Source: Raillietiella orientalis (taxonomy: Eukaryota). From it: a DNA stretch of 64,000 nucleotides. Shown here piece after piece: positions 39,022-49,900 of this stretch (positions within the stretch are counted from its first letter, which is position 1; each line of letters starts with the position of its first letter). Where the stretch lies: contig JAYWIR010000002.1 of assembly GCA_036172245.1 (NCBI GenBank), positions 6,572,001 to 6,636,000 of the forward strand. The letters are read 5' to 3'. The notes beneath the pieces are model-generated. The model was not told where the DNA came from. It made no database searches and was given only the letters and a program-made list of their open reading frames with translations. The translations under genes and the position numbers were made by a program.

Positions 39022-41139
39022 AGTTTTCATCACGACGATCCGTCTTACTGCTTCAACATCATTTTTCGAGATTCACCCCACCTTTCACACGCAACAATGA
39101 GGGAGAAGTGAACCAGGAAGGGAGCGAAAGAAGATTCGTGCTCCCAGAGGTGCCCGGCTCCTCCGCCTTGCGGCGCCCTCGGAGATTCGCCTGCGCGCGC
39201 GGACGGGCGCATCGTGGAGCTGCTCCGCCAGCTCGCCCCGGCGGACAGCTGAGGGCCTGCGCCTCGCGCGGCAGCCCGCAGACTCCCAGCCTCCTTCGCA
39301 CGTGAGCCGAGCGTCGCGGCGCGGAAGGCCCCTCCCTCGAGCCCGGGCCCCTCGCGTTTAATGACCCAGGACCCGGGCGGCGCGCGCCGCAGATGCGAAG
39401 TCGGAGGGGTTTCTCTCTGGGGTTGCCAACCAGCCCAACTTTCTTTCGTTCTTTCCGGGCTCACGCGTGCTTTCCCTCAAGGGAGGAGGGGACTGCGTAC
39501 CGACGTCGAAACTCCCCACCGGCAGATCGTCGGGAGCCAGGAATGTCATGCCGCTTACCAGCCGGGAGCGCGACCGACGCAAATGACCAGCCGTCAATTT
39601 TTCTCTGTCAGCGTGCCCCGAAGGCTGTTGCGAAGCCCCAGTTCCGAGGACGCCCGCGAGAAGGCGCCGCGAATTGATCGGAGCAGCCTCGCGGGATGAG
39701 GCGCCAGAGGAACTCCACGAGGCATAAATTTTCTTCGCAAGTGCGACGCAGACAAGCCGCGGTCCTTGTCCCAGACGACTCACTCGAATCCTCCCTGCGG
39801 CGTGCACCCGAAGACGCTTCAGCCTCCCCGCGAGCGAAGGTTCCCTGAGCTCGGAGCGGCCGCGTCCAAAATTCGGCTCGGCCCGACGGTCTTTCAGTCG
39901 TCCGAGGGCGAAATAGGCGCGGGGGACTCGGCAGCTTTGGGCATTTCCGGAAAGGGTTCCCATCTACTCTTGCTATTCGTCGTCGATCCGCGTCTTATAG
40001 GTTTGATGGGGAGGAGGAAAAAGAAGAGAGGAGGAAAAGTGGAAGTGGAGGTGGAAGAGAGGAGGAAGGGGGAAGGAGGAGGAGGAAGAAAAGGAGGGAG
40101 AGAGAGTCGAGTGCGGTGCATCATGTTCTTCGTTTTTATCTCCAGATCCGAGCAGCAGGAGCTCTGATGCGACGGCAGTTTCCACGCAGATCTTTCTCGC
40201 GATTGATTGTCCTAAATCCCGGTTCCTGCAGGATGCGTCTGTTGCCCTGTAGATGATTATGAGGGAGGGGGGGAAGAACACCGTCGACGCAGTGCATGCC
40301 AAAACGTCTTGAGACGCAGATGCCGCGTCCTGATTGCCTCCATCTCGTTTCCGCTCATCACCTTCCAGCGCGCTTCCCCGCTACGTCAACGGGACGGCGC
40401 GGTTGCGAAGGACGCGGCAGCGGCGCACTGTTGACCTTTTGGCAGCGGGGCGCAAAAGGCTTCCCGGGCCCACTGAACTTGGCTCCCAGAATCTGCTCCT
40501 GGGCGTTCCGGCGAACGTCCCGCCGCTCCCTGGACTTCAGAGGCATTGTTTAAAGCGCCTCTCGGACGGATCCGTTCCGATTCCCGGCGGCACAGGGATG
40601 GGAGGCGGGAGGAGGATGAGCTGTGACTTTTCCCGCCGGGAGACACCTACAAACGGTGGAGGGCGGGGCTTCGGCGGGAGAGAGCAGGGCGAGACGACGA
40701 GATGCTCGGCTGCTGCACCGCAGCCTCCAAACTTGCGCAAAGGGAGGGAGAGAAGCGAAGGAGATTCCTCCGCGATCGTCCGTTGCCATGCGTGGTCCGG
40801 GCTGCTGGCAGCATCTGCCCGGCGCCTACGCTGGACTTCGGCCTGCGCGGACGCGAGGACTCGTCGGCGGCTAATTGACAGACGCTGACAATGGTGGCCA
40901 CGCGGCCGAAGGGGCGGGCGGAGGAGGGCCCCTGCAGCACATCGCGTGCCTCTTCCTCACGTTTAATGACCTAATAAATAACAATCAGGAGAAACGGTCA
41001 GCACGATCCTCCGTGATTCCTGGGGTCAGGGAAGGCCTTGGCAGCCCGCGCGCCTCTCGAGACGCTGAGCGGCGACAGGCAGGCTGACCCGAGGCTGAGA
41101 AATTCCCTTTCCCCTCCCCCCCTCCTTGCCCTCTCCTTC

Positions 41140-44100
41140 TTTCTTGGAGGACCCGGGCCAACAGGACGCCCACTTCCCAATGGTCCTGCATGGAAGGCGC
41201 TCCTTCATGCCCTCGAGCACACTGGGGTTCGCTTCTCCCCCAACTGTGGTGGTTGGCGGCGCGCCGCGGACACGGGCAGAAAAGTACGGGCGAGCTGCTG
41301 CCCCGCGGCCTTGTCCATGGTGCGCGAGCACCTTAGCAAGGATGAGATGCTGATGCGACGATCTTTCCTCGCTGATCCGAGATAAAAGGAGAGAGGAGAA
41401 GGGAATGGATGGATCTTTGCGCGTCTCTGGATAGGACGCTTGGGTTGCGGGATGGGGACGAGACGAGCCCCATAGCTCGAGGGGGACACCGTACGCCGCT
41501 CCTGAAGCATTCTGGGAGCAGGAGCGCGGAAACGAGAAAAGTGCGCGCATCCAGAGGACCGGGAGGCTGGGTTGGGGATGCTTTCCTGTTGCCAAGGGTC
41601 CGGTAGGATGCCCGGAAGCACTGAAAATGGTCTCGAGGCAGCCTCCACTAGGTCCGCGACTCCTCCTCCTACCTCCGGCCCCAAGCTTTCTTTCCTTCAG
41701 GAGGAACAGAGGCAGTGGCTGCGCCTGAAAACAGTTCCGAGGAGGCCGTCGCTCCGGCAACCCACGCGTTCCTCCCCGGACGATGCGCGGCTGGCGTCCA
41801 GGGTTTCTCCAACGTGTTTCCCTGCAGCCTGCGGGACCGCCCTTCTTGATCGGCCTCGAGCTTGTCCTGGGCGGGTGGGAGTGCTCCTGCAGAACGCGTT
41901 CCAGGAATCCTCCTGGGCACCCGGACGCGATCCGCCCCTCCTTCCTCCGCGCAACCCCGGAAGACGGAAAGCGAAGAAGTGGAGAGGGTCTTTTCCGTCC
42001 GACGCAGCATTCCCGTCTTCGCCTCCAGCGGGATGCCCTCTGCTGGCAAGGTGGCCCTAGAGGGGAAAAAAAAAAGCAAGATGCATCCGTCTAGTGACTA
42101 AACAGGTGTCACGGCACTCCACAGGCGGGGTCACCACGAAGCGGGAGTCGAAAGCAGTTGGAGGCTCTCCCGTAGGTCCCCAGGGCCCCCAAAATAAATT
42201 TCTGATTGATCTTCGCGGACGCCCACCCTTTTCCCCTCCGCCCTCCGGCGTGATGAATCCTCCTTCCCTCCCCGCGGGCGCGGTGCCCCTATGCAGGTCC
42301 TGCTACCGCGAAAGGGGAGAGGGCAGCGGGCCACTGCGCCTGGGGGCATGGGAAGAGGAGGCGATGGACGATCGAGAGGGGCGGGGAGGGGAGGCGCCGC
42401 GGAAGAACTCGCTTTGACGCCTCCATGGAATCGACACGAGCGGCGCAACGGAGAAGCCGCCAAAAGGCGACTCCCTCCCTCCTTCTCCTCTTCCTTCTCT
42501 TTCCCGGTAGCTGCCCTGTCCTTTCCCTGTCCTCGAATCACAGCTGCGTTCCCTTTACGGCGAGAGCCGCAGCGGACCGGTCGCCCGCGCCAGTGGAGCT
42601 GCTCCCGCACTCCTCCTCCGGGAGAGGCCGCCCCTCCCTCTGCTCCCGCTCTGGAGCCTTCGAGGACCGCTTCCTTCCCCGCGCTATGGACCACCCGGAT
42701 GTGCTGGCGGCATGGCGGCCTTGTCTTTTTGCGGGAAAGAGGGGGTGAAGGCGTGCCCCTGCATGGGGTCCTTGGGACGCTTTCCCCGTCGCCGGCGGGC
42801 GGGAAGCGCGCCGGATCAGGATGAAAGAAGGGAGAAGAGAAAGGCAGGGGTAGTGTCCCTGCGATCCCCAGAGTCAGGGTGCCTCCCATCCCGGAGCCAG
42901 CCGCCATTGGAGCTCCTGCCGGAGTTCACGTAGAGCGCGGGTCGTTTCCCTTTCCTCCATCCACGAAGGGGTCCTCCTGGTGCCCCACCCAAAGTCCTGC
43001 GGAAACCTGGGAAGGCAGCGGCGTCACCATGCCTCCGTCTCCCCGTCCCACAGCGCTGCCTGAGCCCTGCCCGGCGCGGCGCTCCGGCTGGATGGGCGGA
43101 GCTACCCGATGGCTGAGTCCCGACCTTCGCGGAGAGGACACAAAGGCACAAAAGAAGGAGTTCCTGGGCAGGAGGGAAATACTGAGCCCCGGAGCACTTC
43201 TGGGACTCCGGTTCCGCGGCTTGGTGCTTTGCAAGTTCCCTCTAAGTCGGTGGTAGCAGGTGCTGCGGTGGACGGGCAGGAATTGGGTCAGGAGAGGAAG
43301 AAGGAATGGGGCAGTGACTGGGTCAGAGTCAGGAAGAGGGTCAGGTGTAGAATCAGGGACCGTGGGGAAGGGACTGGGAAGGGGGGAGACCCGGGAGTAC
43401 GGCCATCCCCATCCGCAAAATCGTTCGCCCCTGGCACCGACCTGGGTTAAGGCCGAGCACCTCAGGGGTCCGCGGAAGCAAAGGTCATCAGGCTCTACAG
43501 AAGCCGCTGCTCTGACCCCTTAGTAGTTGCCTGAGGAGAGCACTTGGCCAAGCGCGCCGACCTCTCGAGGACTGGTGGGAGGAAGGGCTGACCTGGCTTG
43601 GCCTCAGCGCTCGCCATCTGGTCACCCGCGGCCTCGCAGTCCACCGCCTGACTGTCTGCAGGACGCTGCCGACCTCCACGTGGCGCACGCCATCTCGGCG
43701 CTCGAAGGAGCTCTTGGAGATGGCGGGAACCAATCTCACACACCCCTTTTTCCCAAATCAGTTGGCGCCGCGGCCCGCTCCCCTGGCAGAGGTCGTGCCC
43801 TCCCCGGGCCATGGCCAGGTCAGCGCCGCCCCTGCTTCCGAAAATTCCCGGGAAGAACCCACCTGAAGGGGGCTGCTCTCGTCCTGGGCGAGGACCAGGG
43901 GCTGATGCGTAGCTGTCCTGGAGTTGCCTTCGGGCGGGATGGCGCATACTTTGGCGGCTGGCACAGGCCTTGCGACCTGGGTGGCGGTGACTGCAAGACC
44001 GCTGAAAGAATTGCCACCGGAGATCCTGAGAGCTGACAGCGAGCCGCGGGCCGATCCATTGGGAGTGGGAAAGAGCGCTGCTGCCCCCATAGCGATCGAG

Positions 44101-44400
44101 GAGGGGTGCCTTTCGTTGGCACGTAAGAGCCATCTGCTTGCACTGGACGTGCGCTGGTGAAGGGCGACGAGAAAGGGACTCAGGGGGCACCAGCACACGC
44201 TCCTGCGTGGGACCGGCCGTCTGCCCCTTTTTGGGCCTTCCTTCCTCCCGAGGACCGGTGTCAGGGAAGGGGAAGGCCTGCATCCTTTCGCCCTGGGGAA
44301 GGAGAAATCCGCTCTCAAGGGGTCTGACGAAAGACGTTCCCCGGAGGAAGGACGGCGAGGACTCCCGGGCCAAGACTCCCTCCGGAAGACTCTACTGGTG
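41140..44400 (-). mobile_element. Decayed L1/Tx1-like fossil (APE end, linker, RT start), interrupted
   Basis: LLDRY (cf. RLDR), WQFF (cf. WKFN), GKHPQPS (cf. KAPGPDG), RRISI / ILAKVLA (cf. RPISL..KILAKVLA), TFLP (cf. FxPGR). Confidence 0.35.
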
Positions 44401-46426
44401 ACCATGGACCATGCCTGCCTCCAGTGACCAAGGCGGATGTGGAAGGGCGAGAGCGGAAGGGCTGGCCGTCTTTCCCTACTGGGCCGGCTGTTACGCGGTT
44501 CTCACGACCCGCTGCCTCTGCCCACGTAGTGCCCTAGTCGGAGCCGAACTCTTTTACCTGCGCTCAGGCCGCCGGAAGAGCGGAGCAGTGGCCCTCCCGA
44601 TTTTCCCCTCTGCCATGACGCCCACCGACGCGCCCCGCCGGAACGAGAACCCGGTTCGTCCGGGCTCTACCCCGAGGAGGGGAGGGGGCTCTGAGCGGGC
44701 CGTGGGACAGGGGAGAACGGAAGCTCCTGGGAACCCCAGAGATGCACCCCAGGCTGCTGACCGCCCCCGTTCCCGAGGGCACGCTCGCCGGCACGCTGCG
44801 CGCCCGATTGGTGGATCCGAAGGCGCGCACCCTTCCCGGAGGGCCTCGCTTTCCGCGGATCGCGAAAACGCCCGATTTCTCAAGATTTCCAGGATCTCCC
44901 CGTCCTCTGCTCCGGGCGCCATCGCCGCAGCTGCCGTCGGCCGGAAACTCCCCGCGGTCTCCCGGAGGAACGCGGGCGAGCGAGCAGCGCGGCTGCCGCC
45001 GGGACGCGCATCATCGATCGGGCGGGCGCCAGGCAACTCCGGGCGAAATCGTGACGGCGCGCTCCCGGAAGGCTGCCTCATCCTCCCGGGAACGGGGGGG
45101 CCGGAGCAGTCAGTGGGGGAAGGAAGAGCCTGCGCAGCCGGTCGGGGACCCTCGCAGGCGGCAACGGAGCACCACCTCCCACCCTCTACGAGCACGCGCT
45201 TTAGCCCTTGGAACAGGCGGGACCCGCTCCGCCCCTTACGGGGACGAACGATCGGGGATGGTCGCAGTCCTCCCTTGAAACCTGTCGCACTCGCAGGCGC
45301 GGAACGAGCCTCCTCTCCGCTGCCCTTCTTCACGCTCCCGGGCCGCTTCCCCCTCCCCGCGATCGCGAGGCGACCTTCACGATCCCTCGCCCCGCTCCAT
45401 CTCCCCCTTCCACGATGCGGGGTAAGCGGGGCAGGGGTCCGCAAGACCTCTACATCCTTCCAAGGGTAGCACGCCTCTTCTGCCCTTCCTCTTCCAGGGG
45501 AGGCAGGTCGCCTCCCGGTAAGTCATGCCCCACCAACCCTCGTCCCCAGTCGCATCTTCCATCGGTAGCGGTTGCCTGGTCAGGCCGGAGGCGCTTCCGG
45601 GCCCGTGGTGGCTTTTCCCTCTGTGAGACTCCGAGGGAGGGACAAAGCAGGAGCGGATCTTCCTGGGGAATGAAAGTTCCACTCTCCCACCTGTCCCTTC
45701 CCGCCCACCACGCGCCTTCCCTGGAGCGTCCCCCGACTTTCCCAGAGAATTGAAAGGGAAAAAGAATAGGGAACGGAAGGGGGGTTGGTCTGTAGGGGAT
45801 GTAGGGGGGTGACGCCCTGAAGCGCGCGTCGGGACTGAGCGGGAGATCCCGGAGGAAAGACATGGGGAACGCGCGCGCGCGGAACCCCCTAATTGGGGCG
45901 TCCCCGCGTCCCTAATTGGACCTCACACCTCGCGGCGCGTCCCGCCCGCCGCTGCGGGGACGGCGGGGAGGAGGAGAGCGTCGCGTTCCCCCGTGCCCCC
46001 TTAGCCTTTCGCGCGCGTCCACGGCGCCCCTCCCAATTAGCGAGGCGCGAGGACGGGAAGCCTTTCTCGGGTCACGGGGACCTCCCGGGTCCCTTGGGAC
46101 GCACGTGTGCCGACGAGGGCCCACCCAGCGGGATCCTTCTCCTCCCGCTTTTCTAGCGCTGCTCACCCCCCACCCCCCCACTCTCAGCCCTCCAGGTTCT
46201 CGCGACCCGGCCCGGGGCTCACACGACACAGGGCTGCGAGGAAATCCCAATCTTCCCCCCTTCCCTTCCCCCCCTTCGTTGGGGAGAGAGAAGTGGGGGA
46301 TGACGGCACCACTGGAGCTCACACGCAGAGGAGCTTCCCGCGGCGACGGGGAGATGCCGCGCGCGTCGGCGACGGCGGCGGAGCGAGCAAGGCTCCCCCC
46401 TCCGGCCGAGCGCGCCGGCGCAGCAG

Positions 46427-46560
46427 CCAATGGGAGGCGGCTGCAGGCGGGGCTTGCGCGTGACGCACTCGCGGCGCGAGCCCGTCGCGCTCGCCGTCAC
46501 CTCCCCGCTTCCCGGGCCGCCCGCGCGCTTAAAGCTGCGGCACTGCCTCCCCGGGAGTAG
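46427..46560 (+). promoter_or_regulatory. Putative Tbx20 core/proximal promoter
   Basis: CCAAT at 46427, GC-box-like GGCGGGG ~46446, CRE half-sites TGACG 46461 and CGTCA 46495, TATA-like TTAAA 46529-46533 after a GC-rich BRE-like run; spacing suggests a TSS near 46560. Confidence 0.55.
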
Positions 46561-46707
46561 ACGGGCGGTGGCGGGCTCGCGCGGACCCTCACTGGTCTCC
46601 GCGGCAACGGGACGGCGGCGGCGAGTGCTGCAGCAGCGCGTCAGCGGGTCCCGCGCAGGCGCGCGACGAGTGTCTCCGGGGAGCGGCCGCCCGCGGCGGC
46701 GGCGGCG

Positions 46708-46900
46708 GTGGCAGCGGCGGTGGTGCTCGACGGCGGCGGCGGTGGCTCCACGGGGGGCGCGATCCCCCTGGCCAGGGGGCCCGCCACCGACTTCTCCATC
46801 GCGGCCATCATGGCCAGGGGCGCCCAGAAGGCGTCGCCCCCGCCGGCGGCGCCGAGGGCCGTCCGCCCCGCCGCAGGGGAAGCAGCCGGCGGACGACCAG
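46708..46900 (+). CDS. Tbx20: Tbx20 exon 1 (eh1 Groucho/TLE-binding motif); 5' boundary uncertain
   Basis: Encodes ...[17 protein letters not shown]...; strong donor CAG|GTGAGT at 46900/46901, phase 1, joining in frame to exon 2. In-frame TAG at 46558-46560 and no ATG before 46810. Confidence 0.85.
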
Positions 46901-49900
46901 GTGAGTCGGGGTGTTCCCCCACGTGCGGGAAAGGGACCAGGGAAGGAATGAGTGATGAAGGGGGAGGGGAGGAAGGATCTGCCCCTCACCCACCCTACCG
47001 TGGTCGTAGTTCGTGCATTCCACCGGGGGTCTTCGTGCGCCTCACCCCGTCTGCCCCTTCCTTCCCTCCCTCGCCCGGAGCTCCCGAAAGTGTGGGGGAA
47101 AATCGAGCCCCCTCCTCCTTCTCCTCTCTCGCTTTCCTCTTTTCCTTTTACCTCCCTTCGCCTGGTGGGCTCCTCTCCCTTGACCCTGCCCAAGTCCCCC
47201 GCCCAAGGTTCCTCTCAGGTAGGCCGTCCCGCCTGGCAGATCCTCGGGAGCGCTCCACCTTCGATCCCTGAGGGGTGGCCGGAGCCGGAAGGGAGGTCCT
47301 CCGCAGCCAGGAAGGAGCAACCCCGCTCTCCCCCCCTTATCCTCTTCCCCTCCCGCCCTCCCTTCCCTGAGCCACCCGGTGGGTGAGGGTCACGGAAGTC
47401 CCTGAGGGAGCAGGGGGAGGTCGCCGAGGCGCTAGCCTGCGGGCACTCACGGGTCCAGCGCTTCTGCCTCCATTCCCTCCCGGGTGTCATCGATCCTCCT
47501 TCCCCGACGGGAGGGGCAGTCCCCGGTTGCCAAGGGCAACGGCTCGGACGCGGCGGCGGCGACGGCGCCTTTCTCGCTCCGGTCCCGCGCGCCCGCCCGG
47601 CAGGCCCGCAGTGCGCCGTCTCCTCCCCCCGCTCGCCCAATCCTCTCGGGTCCGAAAGTGTCCGCGATCCTGACCCCGCCGACTCTCTCGAGGGAAAGGA
47701 GCGGCGAGGGTGGAGAAAAACCTGGGGCTGCGGTCCTGTTCCCCTCCCCGGTTCCCGGACCTTCTTTTTCCCTCCATGGCGTGGTCGGCCTTCCCTCCGG
47801 GCTGCACTCGCCGGGTCGGAGACCTAATCGGGAGAGCCCCCCAGAGCTTCTCCCTGCAGCACGGGCTCCCCATCCGTCCCCTTCCCGTGGGCACGCCGGA
47901 CTCCTCAGACTGTTCAGCGGGTAGCTCCCGACCCGCAGCGTGCGGACCTCGGGCTGCTAGGAGAAGCGGGGAAAGGTGGCGGAAGAGCCCTTGTCCGCTT
48001 CCTTTCGTGGATTTCCCTGGATCGAGGCAGCAGCTCCCTCAAGGGTGGCGGAGCGCCACCCTCGAGCCCGCTCGGGGCTCTCACCTGCCCTGCTCGGTGA
48101 CCGGACGTAAGAGGGGAAAGAGGAGGAGAAAAAGTTCCCCTTCCTGGAGGGGCGAATGGAAGGGGAGTAAAGGGGGGAGGGTGGTCAGGAGGTCAGGGAA
48201 AGGGGTCGGTTGGGTGGGTGGATTCTGCTGTCCCCGTTCTCACGATCCCTCCTTCCCTCCCGGCAGAGCGCCCCGCCGGCCCTCAGCAGCCGACGGACGA
48301 TGACGACGACGATGACGGTGGTGGCGCCGGTGGTGACACCTCGGAGGAGGTCAACGTGGATGCAGAGGAGGAGGAAGAGGAGTCCGGGTCGCCGGAGGGC
48401 GCCTGGAAGGCGGGTCGGGAGGACACCGGGTGTCCTCCCGCGGATGGCTCCGAGGACGGGGAGACGGCGGGTCAAGGGGCTCCCGGAGCTACCACCGCCA
48501 GCCCCCGCAGACCCTTCGTCAACGAGGCCATCCGTCCCCGCTGCACGTGCGAGGAGCTCAAGGCCGCCGACTGTTACCTGGAAACGAAGGAGCTGTGGGA
48601 CAAGTTCCACGAGCTGGGCACGGAGATGATCATCACCAAGACTGGCAGGTGGGTGTGGTCTGCCCCGGCCCTTCTCCGGGAGGCGCGCCATCCCCCGTGG
48701 CTCCGTTGCCGCCGCCGGCGCCCGCGGTCGCGCCCCCCGCGGGCGCGGTCTCTCCCAGCTCTCCCCTCGCGCACGCGCCCGTCACGGTCTGCTGCCGACC
48801 GCCACCCCTCCCTGCCCCATTGTGCCTGCGGGCTCCGCGCACAAAGGGGGGCGCAGAGCCCCTTCTCCCGGCCGTCCACGGGTCGCCGCGCAAGGGAGGA
48901 GACGCCCATCCCCCCCCCGGGCGCGCGCGCATCTGCCGATGCTCCTTCTGCTGCATGGCAACAGCCGTTGCTCCCCCCCATCCTTTTCCACCCCTACGGT
49001 TGAGCGGGAGCTGGGGGGAGGGGAAGAGGGGCAGCAGCAGCCGCGGAGCTGCGCCGTCGGGGTTCGCCCCCTCCCCCGCGACGAATCTCCCGGCGGACGT
49101 GTCAAAACAACTCGCCGACGTCGTTAATTAATTCGAGGGGAGCCCAGCGAGGGCGCGCAAAAGGGGGGGAGGGGCTGGTCGGCCGGCAGGCCGGATGGAC
49201 GCGCCTGCGGGGACGTTCGGCAGCGGCGCGAGCGCTCCGCCTCGGGCGCCGCTGCGCGCGGGAGCGCGAGTGGGCGGTGGCAACAACTTCCCATGTCTTT
49301 CCCTCTCAACCCGTCCGCACGTCCCCTCCCTGCCCACAAAGAGGGCGGGAGCGGGAGGAGGCGCATCCCCCCTCTGTCCCCTTCCCTCGCCTCGTCTCGT
49401 CCTTAATACTCCCCTCTTTCTCTCTGCTCCGCAGGCGGATGTTTCCCACGGTGCGTGTGTCCTTCACGGGTGTGAAGAACGAGCGGAGGTACGCGGTGCT
49501 GCTGGACGTCGTCCCCGTGGACAACAAGCGCTACCGCTACGCCTACCACCGGTCCTCGTGGCTGGTGGCAGGCAAGGCCGACCCCCCTTCCCCCTCCAGG
49601 CTGTACATGCACCCCGACTGCCCCTTCACCGGGGAGCAGCTTAAGAAACAGGTGGTCAGCTTCGAGAAGGTCAAGCTGACCAACAATGAAATGGACAAGC
49701 AGGGTCAGGTGAGTGGACCCTTTCCCCTACAGCCACGCCCCTTCTCTCTCCGCAGATCGTCCTCAACTCCATGCACAAGTACCAACCCAGGGTGCACCTA
49801 GTCATATGGAGGGACGTCCCCATCACGAGCCTGGGGTGTGAGGAGTACCGGACCTTCATCTTCCCGGAGTCCGTCTTCACGGCAGTCACCGCCTACCAGA

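Noticed and set aside
43284..43360. Degenerate GGGTCA/TCAGG repeats resembling a telomeric variant
   Set aside because: Only 4-5 imperfect, non-tandem units; simple low-complexity sequence.
46430..46951. ATG at 46430 as the Tbx20 start
   Set aside because: It overlaps the CCAAT box, is in a different frame from eh1, and gives an Arg-rich non-homologous peptide.
49709..49732. Alternative acceptor CTACAG in intron 3
   Set aside because: Would need a 24-nt intron and would break the T-box frame.
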